This document shows, one piece after another, positions 59,201 through 64,000 of a stretch of DNA of 64,000 nt. The position numbers were made by a program, and so were the translations under genes. The stretch comes from Kofleriaceae bacterium (GTDB taxonomy: Bacteria > Myxococcota_A > Polyangia > Haliangiales > Haliangiaceae), in assembly GCA_965215005.1 (NCBI GenBank), contig CBDCCZ010000018.1, forward strand, positions 32,001 through 96,000, written 5' to 3'. Positions within the stretch are counted from its first letter, which is position 1. Each line of letters begins with the position of its first letter. The notes under the pieces are model-generated. The model worked only from the letters and a program-made list of their open reading frames with translations. It had not been told where the DNA came from and searched no databases.

Positions 59201-59670
59201 TGCTCGGCTTCGTCCGCAGGCAACCGCTGCGCCTGCTCTGCAGCTGACCCAGCAAGCGCGCCGTGGAGCTCCTCGACGCCAGCCTCGCCCAGCCGCCTAT
59301 GAAGCGCGCGCACGACTTCATCCTCGAATCGAGGTGTAGCCAAGCGCCGCTCGAGGAGCGCCTTATCCGCCGCGCTCAGCTGGCGTAACAAATACGACAG
59401 CGCCGCTGGATTGCTCGCAGCGCCAACGTTGACGATCATGGCCAGCGATCCGCTTGTAACCACGTCTAGAATGCGTGCAGCCGCCTCGCTGTCACTGGAA
59501 ACGGCCGCCTCGGCGCCGCTTCGCTGCACGGGGCTCCTGCCGCGACGCTGCGCGTTCTGAATAGCCGCCTCTCTCGCCACCCGAGTCGACTTGCCCGGAA
59601 CTCCGCGCGAGCCGAAAGAGTGCCCTTGCGGCTCCTCCTCCTTGTCGCTATCCGGCCGATATCGCCGCAT
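50245..59670 (-). CDS. Giant (~3,141 aa) DUF4157/eCIS-core-domain protein with three ~500-aa internal repeats
   Basis: Uninterrupted ORF; likely start ATG 59670; DUF4157 DLSSIQAHT..AEAYASGEHIVF..AHEVAHVLQQ..YERDADALA at about 58765-59056. Confidence 0.85.
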   Translation of the reverse strand: MRRYRPDSDKEEEPQGHSFGSRGVPGKSTRVAREAAIQNAQRRGRSPVQRSGAEAAVSSDSEAAARILDVVTSGSLAMIVNVGAASNPAALSYLLRQLSAADKALLERRLATPRFEDEVVRALHRRLGEAGVEELHGALAGSAAEQAQRLPADEAEHPLATDAAPSAREHAPARHEEVQRKGRHPALPGQVHAAAADGIRTASEPLPFLERLQPAFVDQDLSSIQAHTGADAARSARAMGAEAYASGEHIVFGQSPALETTAHEVAHVLQQRRGVQLEGGVGEAGDAYERDADALAARVVQGPSTNAAPPAVPQNDDWKLHAADAADAVATPNESTALAVQQRSAEATETSAAAEALAVPKGGFLGIIGARGMRLARVHAPPAGVELTRARALSDALGLAIADADVELIVVATNRELIAFVQEQGAPGGYVVTLTPGEILAGVARVAALTAAELEALVPASAPWLAAWVSRWSSPAPGRVQLDLGRLGERDSFVVFDAARVVAAAVRGDVSGLRPVELSLHLGRAGSVSHYDGGTMSGASVLPPGVAQVGDAWQLPGAEQLRQTVLGDAEPGPVWLSIYWGSGTLALQLHAKAERGVVVTVGVDYLLSLLRRLGASAARLADRLVEALARGGRRLLSFVRGRLRFELDGSWFEFDLNLHGPKFRPWDPSWLGLPSFRLELGAGAAWSLPELPWLEAPRLSQFEIPWPRVKSYLARLSGALPALPDVPVGAIWGRLCAIDAPALRLGLGIDVAFLADLLPQLGPRQLGFELDLPALLGRLTGPLAGFGVRVREVAEAGFESLRRWLHLGSDGILRIYDAEALDPGPLVGFNLWALLDGADPMDLVPVELQLGGELGSIEMGAGASAATGAVDQVLVARPAGEPLVTLPNIAAPDWLRPHLMAAGGVRSAPLPELASRLLGMPADAVTIELFAADNRLELYAAAQHERGRGLRFMLQLDALATAAANASPALAGAPALLSSVEVDRERCKNGALALRWVPQAADGPRGYALWQLPRLLEEGLSSVVPDELMIDVPGAGVVGRGVEVLATVAGRGEPLAPPFEITAPPKAVLDLVGKPDGSVWLQAFWGADDVALAVLPEKASATGVVALVHLPMLRAAIARLGKAAARVADQAMERVQDVSSRALSMVRGALQLSLGERGSVEFDIAAQLGRLVESGFDATALAVSRFELHLEGLSVLSLPQIPWLQHGALGGFALPTERLAQLLRDMSLELPQVPLPNVRALLELVPGGGIGLGFDLDALAEQLPSLRGVQLGFELDLASLLERVGEVAGTLASRVRAALGKGMALARRYLHLGSDGILRLYDARAPGGVQVGFDLLRLVDGADAADLVPVELRAAAGDLGSIEMGAVATDATRPDTQVADRLLATRPDGAPVVTMTGIAAPAWLAPHLSAGGAAIASSGTMTVELFIDGHTARLFGRGEADTARGILVTLNAEALGAALGSRIQIPGLTLPITATVEIDRERCVDSAFALRFVGGDGAGAATGYALWRVDRLLQPGGLALASLVPEEVLLNVAGVGTVGLGVNTAAALAGKGEPLCEPLELETPPAIARTLVGKDEGSLWLQPFYADQHFSLALLASADADKGVIASVDVQFLLTKLEQLGRAGKAAAQRLLAALRTVGRKALRVIDGALRLECGEGFVEFDLVARLGSLLEGGFDLGRLIPSGLHFELDGIAISALPRIPWFTGEGGLGSVEFAAERLQTFLRALAVELPSVPLPDVRAALELLPDLRLGFGIDLSALTELLPSFPGGQLGFEFDVAGLLDRLGDAASGLASRMRAAAQKGLAGAQRYLHLGSDGVLRIYDASDPGSAHVAFDLLRLLDGIEPSDLIPVELRLGNEGVGEVLFGASEAASEAPSDELVVARPSGDSIVAVNVPAPAWLAAHLPEVGKRVATELFLPDDRAEIFANLGGRGLLLRVEVERLAAALRERVQLPVAGLAEAGDSIRIDPRLCRQKAGLAVRFGGGEKGAQTTGFVVYRLDRVIANGLSASDLIPDELHVERAAQFGLTLGAGISTRDKGRALAETVRLPGWLADSIGTEAVDVYGKGLAGGGDVSLTTVAAGTGEAATAPGLRLDLRRAFLEDLRAQLSEKLAGARRTIDRLARRGASAAIESIDVSFTASGLRIADRREENFLVYDYPTLIGALAGNAEPAELLPAHFRIAGKGMALEAQSLPPDALPKVEELAADAWARRVGDLPSLLQEPLAAVSVGAGDWLRLDPARSSLGEGEDASIVGQVYRGEPDGTIGAGIELRAAMNIELVLRTFLPQSVYQRLLHARHRKQASGVALGFTGDDAPTGVELRFSGTRGRGADAKTFALQAGWSLQTLLEILLHQREELLADPTLLVPTSIAGTVTTTSFSLTFTVGEGAVPAAEPVPVAAIPGFTSALSQIFGPAAADGASLYLELPDDLDTLLVEVMQGGFLPIATATLAIPSTTGRRTATYSLQLALSYQVLLKLARFLPAIGTAIKLAGLAADVIEDPVGTLEGIVHAPEAMYRMLRDGGEVLGNVPWEDMTIADVATMFAVSDIGIKEGVRAMRAIEALEGAGLLDLSNPRSLAQFRNNMQADPELIAKLVDWYSANQSKLGQLRAIEMEMQRLGIEVGEIDAATFDPVRATADLEHYEMTIKVVQAGYVAAKTGAERGDDSDEFRQQALRLDALLREYADVGTRASKSKDPELVDELASEGTLDVRRPDGALTNVADFDEPTAEERARAEALFSRGHRVADFQRDYLVQKYAALDAERLASLLTTGQCAGPGSAPITMTEDERSFVRHLWMVVMGVDPVAVEGGAALDADSDERAVALWRTGNALRAVSSTEAKQGAEAAEGKRDWIEHPEYASGSGSGSGSGSGSGSGSGASGSGRGGGVGNELEELTELNEELGSEAGESEGKGAGAAGAEPAPQGGIVSAVLGLHYVGLPANVFEQAVRWNGTSLVVDEDHLDQLRQLPLQTAEGYAVRMTTARAEVSESGLSSVPDDNIYSFKVALILAVQTEQGEVGDVIYRRLAFEAPAKGGDSPGAFYDFNDDLAESLRDILLFPHRDGVDRVQLGKTRTVQLEHYDAEILEVISIDTREAAGTVRYDVTVTIAPTEVREHAWRMLRDGSYARLREDEFVKTVCVITLDQSR
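51052..51105 (-). repeat. Coding hexamer repeat (GCCACT)x8 encoding a (SG)n linker
   Basis: Read directly from the sequence. Confidence 0.92.
53450..57960 (-). repeat. Three diverged ~1.5-kb intragenic repeat units
   Basis: His codons of LHLGSDG[IV]LR[IL]YDA at 57255, 55740 and 54240 (spacing 1515 and 1500 nt); W codons of [VL]WL at 57948, 56433 and 54933 show the same spacing. Confidence 0.85.
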
Positions 59671-59826
59671 CGCTGTACTTTCGCATTTCGAGCTGGTTTC
59701 GGCGCGCCGCGCGCTCGGTTGCTTCTGTCCGGCTGCCCGGCTGGCGAACGGGGACCGGACGGCCGGCGGACACCCGGACGCTGCAACTCGCACGGGTAAC
59801 TATCTGATTTTGTGGGCACCCCGCCG

Positions 59827-59841
59827 TGGCACGCGGCGTGC
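59827..59841 (+). promoter_or_regulatory. Sigma54 (-24/-12) promoter of the export operon
   Basis: TGGCACG-CGGC-GTGC with exact GG-N10-GC spacing, 30 nt before ATG 59871. Confidence 0.65.
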
Positions 59842-59870
59842 CTAGTGCTCCGTCGTGAGCATCGGCCAGC

Positions 59871-61145
59871 ATGCCGACGCCGATTCGCGATACCGCCGCT
59901 CAGGACCGCCCGCTCGAGCCGGCGCGGCGTTTCACACGCCGGCGTTTGTTCACCGCGTTGGCCGGCATCGCGGTTGTCGCAGCCGTATCCCTTGCCGGCG
60001 GCCGTTGGCTGTCCGGGGAGGGCTCGGTGGCAGCGGAGCGACTGCGCACCGCCAAGGTCACCCGCGGCACGCTGGTACGCGACGCGGCGGTTAGCGGACG
60101 AGTCGTCGCGGCGGTTAGCCCAACGCTGTATGCGCCGGTCGCGAGCACGGTGTCGCTCAAGGCGCGCGCCGGCGACACCGTCGCCGCGGGGGACGTGTTG
60201 GCGCAGCTGGCCTCGCCGGAGCTGGCCGGCGAGCTCGAGCGCGAGAAGGCGCGGCTCGAAGAGCTGCAAGCCCAACTCGGCAGCGCAAACATTGCCGCCG
60301 AGCAGCAGCGGCTGCTGGCGCGCCAGGAGGCGGATGAAGCAGCCATCGCCCTCACCACCGCACGGCGCGAGCTGCAAGGCACCGGGCGCGCGTGGAAAAA
60401 GGGAGCGGTACCACAGCTCGATTATCTGCGCGCCCAAGACGCTCTCGAGAGCGCCCAGGTGCGGCACGACAATGCCCGCGCCGCCGCCAAGCTCGGTGCC
60501 GAGAGCACCGTGTTTGAATTGGCGACGGTTGCGCAGCAAGTAACGCGACAGCGCCTGGCGGTCGCCGAGCTCGAGCGTCGCATCGCCGCTCTGGAGGTGC
60601 GCGCGCCGGTGAGCGGCATCGTCGGCACCATCGCGGTCGCCGATCGCGCGGTGGTCAGCCCCAATACGCCGCTGATGACGCTGGTCGACCTCAGCCAGCT
60701 CGAGGTCGAGCTCGAGGCTCCGGAAACGTATGCCGAAGAGCTCGGCATCGGCATGCCGGTCGAGATCCGCATCGGTAGCGACACCGCGAAAGGCACGGTC
60801 TCGGCGCTGTCGCCGGAGGTGGTCGACAACCGCGTGCTTGCGCGGGTGCGCTTTGCCGGTACGCAGCCGCCCGGGCTACGGCAGAGCCAGCGGGTCAGCG
60901 CGCGGATTCTCATGGACGAACGTCCAGGCGTGGTCATGGTCCCGCGCGGGCCGTTCCTCGAGGCCCATGGCGGCCGCTTCATCTACGTGGTCGAAGGCGC
61001 GCGAGCGGTTCGTCGAGCAATAGAGATCGGCGCCACCAGCGTGGAGAACGTGGAGGTCGCCAGCGGCCTGCAGCCGGGTGAGGTGGTGGTGATCGCCGGC
61101 AGCGATACCTTCGAAGACGCGTCCGCGGTGCGGCTCACTCATTGA
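59871..61145 (+). CDS. Periplasmic adaptor (membrane fusion protein, MacA-like)
   Basis: N-terminal TM, lipoyl halves (KARAGDTVAAGDVLA; VRAPVSGIV), hairpin, SGLQPGEVVV. Confidence 0.9.
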   Translation: MPTPIRDTAAQDRPLEPARRFTRRRLFTALAGIAVVAAVSLAGGRWLSGEGSVAAERLRTAKVTRGTLVRDAAVSGRVVAAVSPTLYAPVASTVSLKARAGDTVAAGDVLAQLASPELAGELEREKARLEELQAQLGSANIAAEQQRLLARQEADEAAIALTTARRELQGTGRAWKKGAVPQLDYLRAQDALESAQVRHDNARAAAKLGAESTVFELATVAQQVTRQRLAVAELERRIAALEVRAPVSGIVGTIAVADRAVVSPNTPLMTLVDLSQLEVELEAPETYAEELGIGMPVEIRIGSDTAKGTVSALSPEVVDNRVLARVRFAGTQPPGLRQSQRVSARILMDERPGVVMVPRGPFLEAHGGRFIYVVEGARAVRRAIEIGATSVENVEVASGLQPGEVVVIAGSDTFEDASAVRLTH

Positions 61146-61161
61146 AGTCAAGGAGCGCGAG

Positions 61162-61869
61162 ATGTTGGTGATGAAGAACCTCAGCAAACTGTATCGAACC
61201 GAGATGATCGAGACCCACGCGCTGCGCGGCATCGACCTCGAGGTGCGCGACGGCGAGTTCGTGGCGGTGACCGGACCATCGGGATCGGGGAAGACCACCT
61301 TCCTAAACATCGCTGGGCTCCTCGAGGAGCTGAGCGACGGCGAGTATCTGCTCGATGGCCAAGACGTGCGCGGCCTCGGCGACAACGTCCGCTCACGCCT
61401 GCGCAACGAGAAGATCGGCTTCATCTTCCAGGGCTTCAATCTGATCCCGGATCTAAACGTCTTCGACAACGTCGATGTGCCGCTGCGCTATCGCCGCATG
61501 GGCGGCAAGGAGCGCAAGCAGCGCATCGAACAGGCGCTCGAGCGGGTCGGGCTATCGTCGCGTCAGAAGCATTATCCGGCCGAGCTCTCGGGCGGTCAGC
61601 AACAGCGCGTCGCCATCGCGCGTGCGCTCGCTGGCGCCCCGCGCTTCCTGCTCGCCGATGAACCGACCGGCAATCTCGACTCGCAGATGGCCCGCAGCGT
61701 CCTCGAGCTACTCGAGGAGATCAACGCCGACGGAACCACGATCCTCATGGTCACCCACGATCCGGAGCTAGCGGCCCGAGCGCAGCGCAACGTCCACGTC
61801 GTCGACGGCCAGGTGAGCGACTTCATCGTTGAGCCGGTGCACCACTCGCTGCGCGCTAGCGCCGATTGA
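61162..61869 (+). CDS. ABC transporter ATP-binding protein (MacB/LolD type)
   Basis: GPSGSGKTT, LSGGQQQRVAIARAL, LADEPTGNLD, VTHD. Confidence 0.95.
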   Translation: MLVMKNLSKLYRTEMIETHALRGIDLEVRDGEFVAVTGPSGSGKTTFLNIAGLLEELSDGEYLLDGQDVRGLGDNVRSRLRNEKIGFIFQGFNLIPDLNVFDNVDVPLRYRRMGGKERKQRIEQALERVGLSSRQKHYPAELSGGQQQRVAIARALAGAPRFLLADEPTGNLDSQMARSVLELLEEINADGTTILMVTHDPELAARAQRNVHVVDGQVSDFIVEPVHHSLRASAD

Positions 61870-61879
61870 GGAGATGCAG

Positions 61880-63203
61880 ATGCTCGCCTATTACCTGCGT
61901 CTAGGCTTCCTTCAACTGCGGTCAAGTCCGTTGCTGACGGCGCTGATGGTGCTCACGCTCGCCGTCGGCATCGCCGCCAGCATGTCGACGTTCGCGATCT
62001 TATACGCGATGTCGGGAGATCCCATTCCGCACAAGAGCGACCGCCTGTTCGTGCCGCTCCTGGACGTTCGCCCCGCCGACGAGCCCGACTCGGATCCCGA
62101 ACCGCCGACCCAGCTTACCTATCGCGACGCCATGGCACTCAGGGCCGCCGACAACGTCCTGCGACGCACCGCGATCATCGGTATCTCGCCGGCGGTCGAG
62201 CCCAATATCTCCTCGGAGAAGCCGTTTTTCGCTCACGGCGCCGCGGTCGACGCCGACTTCTTCGCCATGTTCGAGGTGCCGCTGGTGGCCGGCGGGCCAT
62301 GGTCGCGGGTGGATGACGAGCGCGGCGCCAAGGTCGTCGTCCTCCGCGAATCTCTCGCACGGCGGACGTTTGGCGGCGCCGATCCAATCGGCAAGAGCCT
62401 CGTTGTCGCCGCGGAGGAGTATGTCGTGAGCGGCGTCGTCGACGATGACTGGCAGCCGCTGCCGCGCTTCTAACCGGCTGATCGCCGGGCCGAGCGCCTT
62501 CGATGACCCCGAGATGATCTTCCTTCCCTTCACCACCGCGGTAGCGGCCGAAATGGAACCGCAGGGTAGCGTCGACTGCTACGGCACTCGCTCAGACGAT
62601 TTGCAGGGCTACCGCGCGCTCACCGAAGGGGAGTGCGTATGGATTCAGTTCTGGGTCGAGCTGGATTCCGCTGCGGCAGCTGCCGGGCACAGCGACTATC
62701 TCGCCGGTTACGTAGCTCAGCAGCGGGAGCTGGGACGGTTTTCGCGCCCCAATAACAACCGACTGCACAACGTCATGAGCTGGCTCGAAGAAAACGACGT
62801 GGTGTCAAGCGATGCGCGGCTGCAGACCTACCTGGCCTTTGGCTTCCTCTTGGTCTGTCTGGTCAATACGATCGGTCTCTTGTTGGCCAAGTTCACCGCC
62901 CGCGCCGGTGACATCGGCGTGCGCCGGGCCCTGGGCGCGCCGCGCCGCGCCATCTTCCAGCAGTACTTGCTCGAGGCAGGGGTCGTTGGGCTCGCCGGTG
63001 GATTGCTCGGCCTGCTGCTGACCTTCGGCTGTCTATGGCTCGTTGGCCGCCAATCCGATGAGCTGGGCAACTTGGCAAAGCTCGATTGGCTACTGCTCGT
63101 CATCACCTTCGTCCTTGCCGTGTCGGCCAGCTTTCTGGCGGGTTTGTTTCCAACCTGGCGCGCCTGTCAGGTGCAACCGGCGGCGCAGCTCAAGTCGCAG
63201 TAG
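61880..63203 (+). CDS. MacB/FtsX-like ABC permease 1 (one apparent +1 indel at about 62472)
   Basis: GAGGAG RBS; MVLTLAVGIAA; TTC-TA[A]C-CGG joins the frames as PRFYRL; DIGVRRALGA; LFPTWRAC. Confidence 0.88.
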
Positions 63204-63226
63204 CCAGCTCGAGAAGGGATATGACC

Positions 63227-64000
63227 ATGGAGATTCGGCCCATCCTCTCAGCGCTGCTGCGCTCCAAGACCGGCGCGGTCCTGATCGCAGCGCAGGTCGC
63301 CCTTACCCTCGCCATTATCGCCAATGCGCTGCACGTGGTAGAGGAACGCCTCGCCACCGCCGCGCGCCCCACCGGCGCTGATGAGCAGGGGCTATTTCAG
63401 CTCTACTATATGGCGGTCGGAGAGGTCGATGACCCAGCCGCGATGAAGCAGCGCGATCTAGAAATCCTGCGCGCCATTCCCGGTGTCATCGCCGCCGCCA
63501 GCATCAGTCAGGTGCCGCTCGGCCGCAGCGGCTGGAACATGGCCTTCACGGCCGATCCCAAGAACGATGCGACAAGCGCGTCGTTTTATTTTGGTGGCGC
63601 GGCGATGGTCGACGCCCTCGGCGTCACGCTGGGCGAGGGACGCGCCTTCACCGAGGACGACGTGGTCGAGATTGATTCGCAGCGGGCGAGGCCGGAGGCG
63701 GAGGTCGCGATGGTGACGCGCCATCTCGCCCAGCAGCTGTGGCCAACGGAGGGCTCGGTGGTCGGCAATACCATCTATCTTGGCTCGGGCGCCGACGCCA
63801 AGCCGATGCGCGTGATCGGGGTGCTCGACATGCTGATGAACCCCTGGGGACAGGTCTCTGACGAGGCGTACAAGGCGGTATTGATACCGGTGAATCATTT
63901 AACCAGCTCCGCCCAATATGTGGTTCGCGCCGAGCCCGGCCAGCGCGCGCGGGCGATGGCGGCGGCAGAGGAGCAGCTCAGCGCGCTGCGGGATGACCGC
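63227..64000 (+). CDS. MacB/FtsX-like ABC permease 2, runs off the window end
   Basis: Translated by hand: MEIRPILSALLRSKTGAVLIAAQVALTLAIIANAL..LRAIPGVIAA..EGRAFTEDD. Confidence 0.85.
   Translation, partial: MEIRPILSALLRSKTGAVLIAAQVALTLAIIANALHVVEERLATAARPTGADEQGLFQLYYMAVGEVDDPAAMKQRDLEILRAIPGVIAAASISQVPLGRSGWNMAFTADPKNDATSASFYFGGAAMVDALGVTLGEGRAFTEDDVVEIDSQRARPEAEVAMVTRHLAQQLWPTEGSVVGNTIYLGSGADAKPMRVIGVLDMLMNPWGQVSDEAYKAVLIPVNHLTSSAQYVVRAEPGQRARAMAAAEEQLSALRDDR

Overview
High-GC bacterial window with a myxobacterial gene repertoire (Myxococcota, possibly Haliangium-like; this is inferred from gene content). From left to right it holds: (1) a truncated carboxypeptidase-regulatory-like repeat gene; (2) a compact ABC-transporter capsule and Kdo-linker operon, kpsF-kpsM-kpsT-kpsE-kdsA-[kdsC-kdsB fusion]-kpsC-kpsS, with no kpsD and no repeat-unit glycosyltransferases; (3) phoH, a DmxA-like diguanylate cyclase coupled to ftsB, a beta-propeller lipoprotein and tRNA-Ala(GGC); (4) a phosphothreonine signalling block (zinc-ribbon Ser/Thr kinase, FHA proteins, PP2C) next to a phospholipase C/P1-nuclease-like secreted protein, a SMI1/KNR4-TPR protein and an FHA-CpaF ATPase with degenerate motifs; (5) GH113, lepB, lepA, an RHH protein and a DxDxDG-repeat lipoprotein; (6) a 2-hydroxyacid dehydrogenase, a glycosyltransferase-like/PspA-like hybrid, a His-rich lipoprotein and an ALDH; (7) an AAA-TPR protein, CusF-like and Cys-rich lipoproteins, a pseudokinase, NUDIX and DUF507; (8) an accessory block with a PPC lipoprotein, an FGE/CLec lipoprotein and a ~3,140-aa DUF4157 (eCIS core) protein carrying three ~500-aa internal repeats; (9) a sigma54-type MacAB-like export operon. 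About nine single-base indels, mostly in short homopolymers, break six genes and create a false lepA-lepB fusion; they look like long-read consensus errors. No CRISPR array, integrase, transposase or reverse transcriptase was seen.
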